A DNA stretch of 64,000 nucleotides from positions 17,236,001-17,300,000 of the forward strand of contig CM120641.1 of assembly GCA_051362555.1 (NCBI GenBank), read 5' to 3'. The position numbers and the translations under genes were made by a program. How positions within the stretch are numbered: position 1 is the stretch's first letter; each line of letters begins with the position of its first letter. The notes under the pieces were generated by a model that was not told where the DNA came from, did no database searches, and saw only the letters and a program-made list of their open reading frames with translations. This stretch comes from Lingula anatina. Taxonomy: Eukaryota; Animalia; Brachiopoda. Shown piece after piece: positions 13,901-25,900 of the stretch.

Positions 13901-16900
13901 TCGTTCGGGGATACAAAGGCTCGGAAATGGATTACGTCAATGCTGATTTCTTTTGTGACGTCAGTGTTTCTCACGGAACCAATTAAGGTCGGTAGACATA
14001 ACGTTTTGATTAATCAAAATACAATCCTAGTTTCACTTTTATTTGAATATATACTTGCACAGCATCATAGCCTTGAAAATTATCATCTTCTTTCTGTCAT
14101 TTTTGCTTTGAAAATAACAGACTTCCGCTTAATTCATGAACTTTGGAGATTTGACCTTTTTTATCAATATTTCTTAGGTTGAGAAATTGTTAATTTTGTC
14201 TGTTGAATAGTTCATCTACATCTTACTTTGCCTGGTGTACTTTTCAGATTTTCTTGTTGGCAATATTTTTCTCGATGATCATCAAGAAGGTAGACGAGGA
14301 CGAGGAGGAGGAGGAGGGACAAGAAGATGAGGAGGATCCTCAGTTGCAACATGATGAGCTGTTGTTGCACCCGCCAGACAGTTAGTATTCTCAACACTTA
14401 CATTTAAGAACAATTTTTTTCTTATGGGTTATGGATAATGCATCTAAATTTAGGGTCGCTTGTCACGCCCTAGGCCTTTGTAGTCTAACCCCTATGTTTA
14501 CAGAAATGTATCCCTATACGAAAGTAAGCGCTGATGTTAAGGATAAAACAGGCAACCGCATCCACCCGAAGAAGTGGGCAGTGGGGAGGGTACTCTGTTT
14601 ATGCAATACCATACTGTATTTACGGTAATACCATGCAAGCATCTTTGTATTCATCTTTTCAGCTTACAGCGCCGCAAAACCAAGGAAGATCGCCTACAAG
14701 CCACCCGACCCCTCCTTTCTTGAACAGGCCCGTGAAAACCGCCTCAAAGAACTGAGGATGTACGACATTCTGCGGGAGATTATATTCTATAGTGTGTTTG
14801 TGTGGATGCTGCTGGTGATCAGTTATGGAAATCGTGATCCATACAATTTTTACTTACGAGAACACATGGAGAATGAGTTTGTGTTTAAAGGCCATACGAC
14901 GATCGACTTTACTAAGGTGAATATGACGCTGTATACGTAAAGAAATGGTTTCGATTCCCTTTTAGAAGAAAAAGATTGCATTTCCAACTTTTTTTCAAAA
15001 TGGGTTTGACTGCGAAACAAAAATGAATATGTTTAAACTTCTTAAGCACCCACAGTTCATGTGATCCAACCATATTGACGGTTTAGCTAATAGATTAGTC
15101 ATCAATATGTTAATTGTTTTATTAGTTGATCAATTAATTTATCTATTTATTTATATATCACAACCGTAGCTTAATTTTTTATCTTTGCAAATTCTGCCAA
15201 TGCATTCTCTCAGTCTTCGGTCCTGCATATTACGTACTAGTGCCTCTTTAGACATATAAATGAGTAAACATAATATTGCAGTATTAGCACACAAATTTCT
15301 CCCCACCTTTTATGGTTAAAGAAAATGACACCACATTACACAATAGGAAGCAAGTATTTTACCTATTAGGTTAAAAAATATATATATAGGAGTTGTTCAT
15401 CTCTGGTAAAGTGTGTTTACCCAAACAAGGTTTGGAATTAGGACAATGGGTTAACACCCATTGTATTAACACAGAATAGGAAGTGACTCCAAAGTCCCAA
15501 AAGTTGAAATATAACCATAAAACAGAGCAAAAACTCCTCGCCTTTTTATTTTCCTCAAAAATCCGTAGCTGTTATAAAAAACAACAGACATTGGCATAAA
15601 CTTGGCTAGACTAAAGCATATCGTGCATTTCTTTCAGCTTCAAAACAGTACCCAGTTCTGGCTCTGGTACAAAGAGGGGCTGGCCCCAGCACTGCGTGCC
15701 CTGAACTGGTATAACGACGATTTCCCAGTAGGGCAAAGAGGGTTTTTGGCTGATAGGGCTTGCAGAATGATGGGATACGCCACCATGAGGCAGGTCAGAG
15801 TGAAACCTGGTAAGTTCAGAAAACTGACATTGTCGCCCAAGATGATGCTTGTGGAATTTTTTGGAATTTACTAAATAATAATCTTATCGACATGTTAAAT
15901 AGAGGTGAGTATATAACAGTTTTTTTAAATGATTCTGTTAAGGTAAATCAAATAATTATGACTTATGAATAGTTCAGTTTCTTTATGCACTTTCTGTTTA
16001 TTTTTTTAATTCAAAGGCCAGTGCAAAGTAGAAGATGTAATCACGAAGTTCATACCCGAATGCAATGACGCCTACAATTTACTATTGGAGGATGAAAGTC
16101 CATATGGTGTGGGATGGGTCCCGTTCAGTGGATCAGCCACACACAATAATTCTGCGTAAGTAAAAAAGACGAGAAAGACAAGTAACGGTTGGTGGTATAT
16201 TCTACGATACAACATGTACCTTAACCTTGGTTCCCATTGTGAAGGCAGCCTTGTTCATCCATTTAAGAATTAGTTTTGCTATCGTCACCATACTAATAGA
16301 CCGTGCTTGCGCCCCCTTTGCCTTTGAGTATTGATCTAAGTGCCCCTCGCCCTCCCCCGGTCAAATCCACGTTTTTATGGAGTTTCAATAACAAAGTAGG
16401 GTTTTTATTCGATTCGTTGTGGGTCAAAACTAAATGGATATTTGAATGGTTAGAATTATATTTTTGTATATTTTCAAAATATTCAGATGGTGTTGGTACC
16501 TTGCTCTTCCGTCTAATGCTTATTTTCACAAACTACTGTTAATGAAGAACTAGACTACATATTGTGACCTGATTGAAAAAAAGCAGGTGGGATAATTGCC
16601 CTTTACATTTATTTCATGTTTTGTTTTTGGTCAGGTTTGAGTACGAGTACCGTACGTCGTCTGAATTAGACGGCTATCCATTCTACGGCCAACTGACCAT
16701 CTACGGCGGCGGCGGGTACTTAGCGCAACTGCGAGGAAGCTACCACAAATTACTTGAGCTAGGGGAGCGCCTAGAGAGGGAATGGTGGATAGACAAGTAC
16801 ACGCGGGCTGTACTGATCGAATTCACATGCTACAACCCTGGGGTGAACCTTTTCTCAATTAACACCATGGCTGTGGAGTTTCATCAATCGGGGGGCATAG

Positions 16901-17970
16901 TGACCAACTACCGCTTTGAGCCAGTTAGACTTCTCAACTACGTCGGATCTGCGGCAGCTTTTCAAATAGCATGCGAAATAATCTACTTTATCTTTATTTT
17001 CTTCTTTATTTACAAGGAATCCAAAAAAATCTGGCATTTGCGTTGCAGGTACTTTGCTGAATTCTGGAATTTGGTTGAATTTTCTGTCATCGGGTTTTCT
17101 ATTGGAGGAGCAGTGGTGTTTTTCTACCGCATGATTATAACGAATGCCCTGACGAAGACCTTTAAGAAGACACACGGGAATGAATATACCAAGTTTCAAT
17201 ATGCTGGTTATTGGAATGAAACCTTTAGCTACATGTTGGGATTGCTTTGCTTCCTTGGTACCCTCAAATTCCTTAAACTGCTGCGCTTTAACAAACGCAT
17301 GTCTTTCCTTGCAGCAACTTTGAAAGACGCTACAACGCATCTTTTTGCCTTTTCTGTCATATTCTTTATCATCTTCTTTGCTTTTGTGCAATTCTTCACT
17401 CTGGATATGGGACCAAAAGACTACAATTTCGCAAACCTTCTCTTAGCCTCTGAATCCCTGATGCAAATGATGCTTGGGAAATTCGACTTCTACCGTTTGG
17501 CCTCCACCAGCGAACTTGCGCCATATTTCTTCGTTCTCTTCGTCGTGCTTGTGACCTGGATAACCCTCAATATGCTGCTGTCCATCCTCAATGAGAGTTT
17601 CACAGCGGTGAAGAACGATCTGTCTAAACAGCCCAATGAACACGAAATGGTGGACTTCATCGTGAACCGCTTCAAAACGTGGACAGGACTTGGAACGCCC
17701 TCCCCCAGCCTCCCCTCGGCACCCACACCGGATAAGTTGAACAACGAGCTTCAAGATGGTAGCGAGAAAGATGCGTTGGATGTCAGTCATTTCCCGGAAA
17801 AGGTGGACAAATTCCTGAACTCCATCGGCCGCGTTTATTTTGATCTGTACACCGCCAGCGGGAAGGACGCATTTAAGAAGATGCTGAAGGACAACAAGCT
17901 GAAAGCCCGCGTTCAGCGAGGATTTAGCAGGAATTCCAGTAATGATGCCGAGGAGTTGGCGATGCTATGA
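1..17970 (+). CDS. Polycystin-1-like (PKD1/PKD1L/REJ family) protein, 5'-truncated by the window edge; 31 exons, about 2620 codons in window
   Basis: GT-AG exons with consistent phases: 1-289, 563-748, 1106-1320, 1599-1743, 2436-2536, 3006-3890, 4071-4393, 4819-5033, 5356-5622, 6009-6178, 6530-6695, 6837-6868, 7002-7055, 7218-7343, 7590-7715, 8055-8154, 8520-8596, 9066-9293, 9568-9976, 10276-10532, 10873-11103, 11265-11366, 11951-12066, 12431-12596, 12908-13186, 13427-13987, 14248-14380, 14663-14916, 15638-15809, 16017-16155, 16635-17970 (TGA). Domain order: PKD-repeat-like segments (HQYQAKGAYDLRVNVSN, VHFGDD, HTYTYVGNYTITVTATS), REJ-like (VNPPPQGGYC..WHDNDG), GPS (CLCNHLTTF), TM1, PLAT (RIWHDNSG..WYL..CNRWFAVEEDDG), SRFTRLQRVSCC, polycystin channel region (WIDKYTRAVLIEF, KFLKLLRFN, LNMLLSILNESF). 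The exact paralogue cannot be assigned without phylogeny. Confidence 0.93.
2551..2826. mobile_element. Foldback/MITE-like element with 110-bp inverted arms
   Basis: 2551-2660 is the reverse complement of 2717-2826 with 4 mismatches by manual comparison; 56-bp spacer; CAGGCC...GGCCTG termini. Confidence 0.85.
3006..3890 (+). CDS. Large extracellular exon of the polycystin-1-like gene (PKD repeat to REJ transition)
   Basis: Matches ORF 3021-3926; acceptor tgtag at 3001-3005, donor CAG|gtaaaa after 3890; contains C..P.V and LKPGTYSKDPD, similar to REJ-module starts. Confidence 0.88.
7729..8020. repeat. Compound (C)n(CT)n(GT)n microsatellite block, internally duplicated
   Basis: Two copies of (ct)n(gt)n..gaatct..ccctcct..cgctcttcttcttatct in the intron after exon 7590-7715. 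Confidence 0.9.
10276..12596 (+). CDS. GPS motif, first TM helix and PLAT/LH2 domain exons of the polycystin-1-like gene
   Basis: Spliced translation RVYTSSCLFVKRLAPNLRKDGCV|VGNATTHDVTQCLCNHLTTFLGGWVVMPNTIDW, then TM LYITEIIIGVIYILMAIWARRQDKKD, then YLYEVVVFTGLRRDAGTESKVCFILSG, FKRGAVDRFLLA, IWHDNSG. Confidence 0.92.
16635..17970 (+). CDS. Terminal exon of the polycystin-1-like gene: polycystin cation-channel-like TM region and cytoplasmic tail
   Basis: ORF 16573-17970; acceptor tcag at 16631-16634; YGGGGY, WWIDKYTRAVLIEFTCYNPGVNLF and six hydrophobic segments. Confidence 0.93.
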
Positions 17971-18721
17971 ACTGTGTGACTGAAAACAAGAAACAAGAGA
18001 TACAACAGCCCTAGAACGAATCCGTCCAAATGAATAAGTTAAAGAGTTTATGGGAGCCTTCTTAACGTGCTTCAGTTGCGCAATGTGATTAGTACGTGTT
18101 AAGCTAGCGAAGACGACAGCATGACAGTGCGTCTGCTGAGACAGTTCTCCAAGTTGTCTTTTCCTGCACTTGTAATACTTGTAATAGCTATTGTGTTTTC
18201 TTTTTTGTGTTTTGGCTTTTAATGTTGATCCAGTCTCAAACATTTAGTGGAGGCGTGCATGTTATTTTATGTAATGGTTGGTTTGGTACACATTTAGCAT
18301 TGCGGTCTTGTGCGTTAACAAGACACATCTAAAGGTCGGACGTTTCTTTTAGTGTGCATTTCAAGTAAATTTAGAATTATCTTTGGTTGTAATAATGAGT
18401 TAGAGCAATCCATTGTACTGCACTTACTTTTTTCAAGAAGAAGTACCAAACTTTCGATTTAAGCAAAACCTTGACTTTCTCATAACTGTGTTTCAGTTAG
18501 ATTTCATATTTCTGAATCTTTAACTATTTTCTTATCTTTGATTTTTATATGAGGTTGGACTGACGGTAAACTAGATTGAAATCCATACATAAAACCTATT
18601 CTGAAATACCCACCCCTTTGATTCTGTTTTTAGTTAAATGGCATAGAAGACAAAATCAGTGGAATACTGTTCAGTTGCTAACATTTGGAAAATTGTATGA
18701 TTAGCTTTTGTACGCAAGCAG

Positions 18722-18727
18722 AATAAA
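18722..18727 (+). terminator. Candidate polyadenylation signal of the polycystin-1-like gene
   Basis: AATAAA about 750 nt after the stop, followed by a GT/T-rich stretch (ggtgtacgttttgtattttt). Confidence 0.5.
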
Positions 18728-19284
18728 AAGCATTGAAAAAAAAAAGGTGTACGTTTTGTATTTTCACTTCTATCGCGATCTCGTATTACGGTTACGTATT
18801 TAAACAAATATGTGAATTACCACTGAAAAATTTATATTAATTAATCGATAAAAGTGTACATCGATTGAACATCCTTTTATTTTACCTCCTATGGTAGTAA
18901 TCACTGGCACTGACGATAACTTTTTAGAATATCATGCCAGCATTTTCAAAACTTGCGGTGTAACTGAGGAATTTCATACATGTACGTGTTTACTACATGT
19001 AGTGTTCATGCGCCTTACTGGAGAAGGTTGGTGCCAGTGCTGTTGTTACGTTTACATGATTTTTCAAAATCGCAATGGATGTCTGATTCAGGTGTTTTTC
19101 TACTACTCTCAAAGTGTGTTGTCCGAAAACTTGTTGTCGATTTTCATGGAATTATAAATATTCTCCTCGCGTTTAATTTTGAGATATCAGCACCCAGCCA
19201 GGAGTATGCCTCCGAATTAGGCGTAGAAAGATTAAAGCCCTTAGAAATTGAGTGAAACGGTTCTCTGTACTGCGCCGGCTACCC

Positions 19285-19525
19285 CAGTGGCGAATTTAGA
19301 GGGATCAGGGGAGTCCCCCCCTTCGGTTTCTGAAAAAAAAATCACACTAATATTTCCCTCTTGGAATTAGAATTTTGACTGGCTGAATTATAGTTCTAAA
19401 CGTACCAAATGACGCCGATCGCCCTCTGAAATACCAAAATTTTCAGGGCCCGCTGAAGGGCCCCGAACCCAACGCCAAAGGGCGGACCCCCCCTCCCCCT
19501 TCAAATAATCCTGGACCCACCCTTG
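19285..19525. mobile_element. GC-rich non-autonomous DNA element (MITE-like) with degenerate TIRs and a candidate 5-bp TSD
   Basis: Begins CAGTGGCGAATTTAGAGGG and ends CCTGGACCCACCCTTG; TACCC flanks both sides (19280-19284 and 19526-19530). Confidence 0.6.
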
Positions 19526-20304
19526 TACCCCCAGTAGGTTCTAACATTTCGCCACGAGGGTTTTACTCCCTCTTACGAGCCCCAATGTACCAATCGATAT
19601 TATCCGGTTAACTGACCGTGTCGAGCGCAGGGGCACATTTTTGGTGACTCTTACGTTGTCACTCGCTCTCAAACTGGTGCGATATAAAATTCTGTATCGC
19701 TCGTTATGAACAGGCCCTAATACTGTGGAAAATTGACAACCACCTTAATTACTGGTGCTTGGCTTGTTGCGGAGAGGATGTACGCAGTGCTGATGCATAA
19801 GAATACTTTTATCTTGTCATTTTCCTGAGGTTGACACTTTTTTCCTGGGTCCGTACTCAACACGACATTTATTCAATCGTTTTCACGTGGATTTTTGAGT
19901 TCATTGTCGGTCTGTACATTAGAGTTTATTATTGCACCATGGGTGATCAAATTCAGAATGCCAAATTTTGCAACGGAAAATCTATATTTACTTGTATGAT
20001 TATTTTCCTATATGGGGAATATGTTTATGAAAACGCTAATGAGACGATGGGGGAAAGCATATTACAGCTCTCTTCTTTTCGATAATCCTGGTGTCTTTAG
20101 ATGAAATTTTTGTGAAATTTATTTAGTGAAGGTTCAACCAACCAACCGATGTTCCAAGATGTAATTACCTTTTTGTATTATAACACGGTTATGTTACCAA
20201 AATAAATGAAAGTTTTTAATCAACCTCAGCCATGAACCGGATTTAAAATTAGAAACTTATAAATAACACAAGCAAGATCAGTAATTAATGACGATGCTGC
20301 TGTA

Positions 20305-20305
<1 letters not shown>

Positions 20306-20380
<75 letters not shown>
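20306..20380. repeat. (TA)n microsatellite
   Basis: Uninterrupted TA run of about 75 bp. Confidence 0.97.
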
Positions 20381-20383
<3 letters not shown>

Positions 20384-20723
20384 GTTTTTTAAAAATTTAT
20401 TTGTTAATATACATATATATGCGTAGTAAAGAATAAAAGTTAAACATGAGTTGCTATGTCCTCCTCTCACTAGAATAGCAGAGATATCTGTGACTAAAAG
20501 CGCAATTAAAAACATCCGAGAAAACCATAACTATAAATTCGGTCACAGTGTATTAAATACTTTAGCCAACCTTCTAAAGAAAAAGCATCATGCCAATGAG
20601 GAAAAATAAGAGATTGGCAGTTTTGGTACAAATTTTTTCGATGAATAGTCGATCAAGGATGTAGGCAGTTATTATTACTTGATACATTGTACATCAGTGT
20701 CAGACTTGGATCGGTCAGGTGTA

Positions 20724-20760
20724 CCCCCCCCCCCCCCCCCCAAAAAAAAAAAAAAAAAAA
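20724..20760. repeat. Adjacent poly(C) and poly(A) homopolymers
   Basis: About 18 C followed directly by about 19 A. Confidence 0.9.
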
Positions 20761-22039
20761 GGAGAAGGGGAAAATTTAGGCCATTCAATCAAATGCAGCT
20801 TGATCGAGTTCTTCACGTCTAAATAGTGTTCTTTTTCTAGCATTCTTCATGGTAGCGAGAACGTGGATCATTATCGGAAATTGATCAAAAGCAAACCGTA
20901 AGCAGACGAAACAGTTAATTTGTAAAAATTAATCCCCACACTTTTTTTATTACAGGTAAAACTCAAAATTTCACTCTGTTAACCAGACCTTCCCAGTGCT
21001 TCCCCCGAGTAATGCAAGTTATTGGTTAATTATTAAACCAAATTACTGATAACATATCAGTGAAAAAAGATAAAGAATAAAAAATTATTAACCGCAAGAA
21101 ATACAAAAAAAGAATGAGAAAAACAAACAAACAAACGAATGAATTAAGTCTAGATAAACAAATAAGTTAGCAAACGAAGTACCAAATGAATAAGTTAATT
21201 AAAGAAGTAATAAATAGATTAATGAATCCCTCTGCATAAATGATACGCATCTAAAATCGTTTTGCAAATCATTGCTCCCTCTGATCATTTGCTGCGGCGT
21301 TTCCTGGATTTTACAACAGGGAGGTGCGGTGCATAATAAAAAGGAGGATGTTTTGTCCTCCGTTTTCGGAAGGCTCGCTAAAGTCAAATCGGTGCATTCA
21401 GTAGCAATGCCTGTGCCATGTTTTTAGGCACGTTCTTAAGTCGACGTCTATTTTAGATAAAAAAATATTATAAAACAATTATGAAAGTTTTTTATTATTT
21501 GCCAATAGTTCATTTATTTGATTGTAATCAGTCATTATCGAGTTGGCTTTTCTTTACGGCTCCATTTTACATAGGGTAGTAGCCATTGTTCTAATCAAAC
21601 CGAAAGGAAAAATCTGTAATTAAGGGATTAATCCATCATACTTCGAAATTAGACGTCAGCAATATTAATAACGACATGCATTGATACAAAAACTAGCATG
21701 TAATGCAAAATTTGATGAATATGTCACCGATATGTGGCGTCAATTCCAGATTGAACTTAAACGCGGGAAAAGAAATATCAAGTGACAGCATGAATGAACT
21801 CGAATCTGTCCAATAAAGTCACTCCGTCGTTTAATTCATATGCAAGGTCAGCGCTCTTTATTATTGAAATATCCTACCCTTTTCTGATTCCCTTTTGTTT
21901 CAAATACATTTCCCTTATCAATTTTTCTTTGACAGTTGCATTAACTTAGGATACAGTTTTTTAAAAAATTAAATAATTTAAGCTTTTATTATTACAAAAC
22001 GATTTCTCTCTTAATACATATTTTGTTTAAAATAAAATA

Positions 22040-22900
22040 TTAACAGGGAGTGCTTCCAGCAAATGGGAAAGCTGCGCATAGCTATTTAGGATTAGAGGTT
22101 GTAGTACGGTTCAGTGAATGTATTCATGCTCTCGATGGCCCTCTCTTTAGTACGAAATGGATCGCTCAGATCAGCCTTGACGTTTCGGGATATATGGCGT
22201 CCCAACTTATCTACCTCATTTTGTGGGCATGTGCAGCATCTCTCGTCCTCGCTGCAGAAGGTGAGTTAAATTGTCAGTGTGCAAATCTCTTGGCGGAATG
22301 CGATCGGCAGCAAGAAAAAACAACATGGCTGCCCTGGCCTGACCTGATTTAGGGTCAAACCTTTACTAAACACAACGATCGAGTGAAATAAGATAGTTTT
22401 CATTGTGTATTTTGCAGCAGTAATGAACAATACAGTGTTAGTGTTATGAATGAATGAATGTCACGCTCCAACGACCCGTGTTTAAGGCATGTTTGCGAGC
22501 CGGAAACTCGCTAACGTGAAAACCCTCGAAATTTGCTCTCGCCATTTTGCCGTCCATGCTTGGCCAGTAGCGCCAACCGATTAACCTTGCTCTTAATTCA
22601 CGCCGTTGTTTACATTGGTCTTGTTAAGCAACACTGTCGATTTCAATGAAAATTTAGCTTACGGCGCTAGTGTTTTTCGTTATTTTTTTCTGACTTGCCC
22701 TGGTCAGGTCACCAAGCCAGTGCTTAGCACAGTTTTTTTATTTCACGCTGATTGGTCACAACGATAGGACGGACTTAATGTCCGCGTGACCTTTTGTCCG
22801 AGTTACAAGTGCATCTACGTCGATGAGAATCCATTGTTTGACTCATATTATGAATGCCGATCAATCAACATTTGCCTAACGTTGTGTGCGACATTTGAAT
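22040..22900 (+). promoter_or_regulatory. CpG-retaining promoter/first-exon region of the protogenin-like gene
   Basis: High CpG density around exon 1; YY1-like CGCCATTTT (22540-22548), ETS-like CCGGAA (about 22500) and inverted CCAAT box CTGATTGG (22748-22755). Short motifs, so function is inferred. Confidence 0.5.
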
Positions 22901-25900
22901 AGTACATATGATTTTTTTACATTAACCTATTTATGCACCTGGTTTTTCTGTTTATGGGGGTTATTATAATATTAATGTCTTTCATGAATATAATAAAAGC
23001 AAAGTTGAATCACAGTATCAATAAACAATGGCATTCTCTAAAATTGACAGCAATTTGGGCTAGAATAGATGGGTCATGGCCATATTTCAAATGTTTAGTA
23101 TACAATATTACAAAAGGTGAAAAAGCAAACACAGCTAGCAGTGCGTCAATGCTGGCATGTCACACCTCAGTTTTTCTGTTTCTTTTTCAGTTGACAGTCT
23201 AAAAGCTTGAATTATATATTTCAATAACCCACATTATGATCTAGCCTGTTCTTTTCAAACTGTATACTGAAGCTGAATGGCCAATTTGTTTGTTATACAA
23301 ATTGAAAGGGGCATAATTTAGATTCAGAAATTAATTTTTTCATCATCATCAGAGTGAATAACTCCACGGACCAATAATGTTTGTTTTTTATGTGTGATAT
23401 GAAAATGTAGTGGTTTTTGTCTAATTTGCTCTAGTCAAGCCCAAAATTGGAACTGTAACTGTTTAATGCCGAAGTGGTCACTGTGTATAAATAATAAAAT
23501 TTCTCTTGTATATTGGTTAACAGTTTCATAAATTGCTTTATTTTTATTCTAAAATATATATGATATAGTATTAGATTGAAATGTGTCTTCAGTTTAAAAT
23601 TGATCACAAAATTTTCTCCATTCTTTGTTATAAACATTTACTATAATGTCAGTGGGTCAGGATTTTTATTTCAGATTAAAATGCCAACAATATTGTAGGT
23701 AAAATTTTTTTTTATGGTATTGGAAAAGCTGAATTCATAAATAGTTCTGGTAAAACATCATATATGTGAATTGTAAGTGTGGTCATATTATTGTCATATA
23801 AAAACACTGTAGTAAAAAGTTCCCTGGATTATTGTGAAATCACTTAATCAAAAATGCCGAAGTATGGTGCTTTTTATTTCTCCCACTGAAGGGTTTACAT
23901 GAGAAAATAACATGTTTTTATTATGTGCACTGTTTTACTCATTTTAAAATGTTTTTCCCCAAACTGTTCAACTGTGACTGTGGAATTTTTTCCTGGAGTA
24001 TATGATATTTTTCTTTAACTAACTAATATTTTACCCTCCTTTCCTGACATCTGAGCTCCAATAACTCTGTAGCTATCTGGAAAGATTGAAAGGTCCTTAA
24101 TTGTCTTTCAAGTGTGGGTTTTTCTCATTTTGTCATCACTTTGAGCACTGAATTCTGGGATGGTGTGATTTAGAACTTTGTCAATATGGATGACAAATGA
24201 TGAAAGTTGTCAGGAGGTATTAATTTGATTATTTTGGTGACATGAATTAATGGCATTTATCTGCTAAATGATCAAAAAGTATTACATACTTCCAAAAATG
24301 GGTTCAATAAGAAGTACTTTTTAAGTAAGAAATGTGTGTTTAATATGTTAATTTTGTCCCTTTAATGAGAAAAGATGCTATGGTGATAAACCATTTTTTA
24401 GTTTAAAGGTCAGTGTTAAAGTTTGAAAATCAAGTCATCAGTTAGTGTAATGTCATTTTAAAGTCTCATAGCTGAAAACATGTAGCTTTTAAACTTGACT
24501 CATAATGGTTCTTGCCTTATGGATTAACAAGGTAAGGGGATTAATTCCCCACATTCAAAGTTTACGGTGTAAATGATAACAAAAATTGTTTGATTTCTTG
24601 CTTCTTTCATTCAGTGTTTATGTATGTAAGTAATGGTCAAATATTTACCTAGTAAAAGGAAACCATTATTTTTGATGCCATTTGTAATGTGAAAGGGAAT
24701 ATTGACTAAATTTCTGTATGTGATCACACAACATAGTTTGACAATATTTGCAACCATGACAAAAACCACATAAAGTGTATTTGGATCAATTTTATCAAAT
24801 ACAGTTTTAGTTTCTAATTTCAGCAAGGAAAGGCTCGGTTACACATTACACCCCCTCCTCCATTAAGCTTGACCATCCCTTATTTCACTGATCACAGAAC
24901 ACATGGGTTAAAGGGGGGGTGCATTTGTGAGGATTGCAATTATCAATTTTCCTTCATTTATTACTAAAACAGTTTTTTCAATTTGTCATTTATTTATTCA
25001 CAATGCTAAAACATCGACATAGGTTTGCAGTGGGAAATCAATTTTTCAGTTACTATGATATGCAATGTACCTTGACAAAACTTACAGAAATACTAAGCTA
25101 TTTTTGCCAGTTTATCAGAGCAAATTGGAGTTCAATTAAAGATATAGCTTTACAAGAAGAAAAAGACGATAGAAAATGCTACTGTGAACCCAATCAGTGT
25201 GCCCCAGTGTGTCTGTTGGAGAAGCAAATTTTACGAATCCTGTACTCTAGATATGAAAGGTCAAATTACTAGGGATACATACATGTGGAGATTGTGAAGA
25301 ATAACATGGTTCTCTTCTATTCCTACTGATACCCTGGTGTATTTGTTTATGTTGTAATTTAATCACTCATTTTGCTATATAGTGCCTTGAACATTATCAT
25401 GTTTAATGCAAAACTGTGCAGGCAACTGTTCTTTCTTTTGTTAAATCCAACATTCCTGTTTTAAGGTGATGTTTTGGCATATGAGCTGGACAGAAATGTG
25501 ATGCTGTTCAATATTTTTAAGCTGTTTACTGCTGGCAGTTGGACTCATCATATTGATATTCCATATAGTCCACTAGGCCAGAGATAGAGCATCTTGCCTG
25601 TGCTAATGCATAGACTTATGTACACATATAATTCAAAAGCATACAGATTTCTTAGAAACATAAATGGCTCATAGGTAAGGTCTGAACATTTCAGTGAAAA
25701 ATCTTGATATGGAATTGAGGAGAAAACTAGTTTTGTGGAGGTGAATTACGCACTATTTTCTCTCTGGTTATTGAGGTCAGTGCTAGGCATCATGTTACAG
25801 CTGACTCAGCTTGCAAAGCTGTCGCTTGACCTCCAAATGTGGGGCAGTGCTGCCGACCTCAGCAACCATGGAAAATAAAAGCAAGATTTATTCCCTCTGG

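Noticed and set aside
16855-17790. Minus-strand ORFs of 178, 115 and 84 aa
   Set aside because: Antisense shadows of the polycystin terminal exon; no recognisable motifs.
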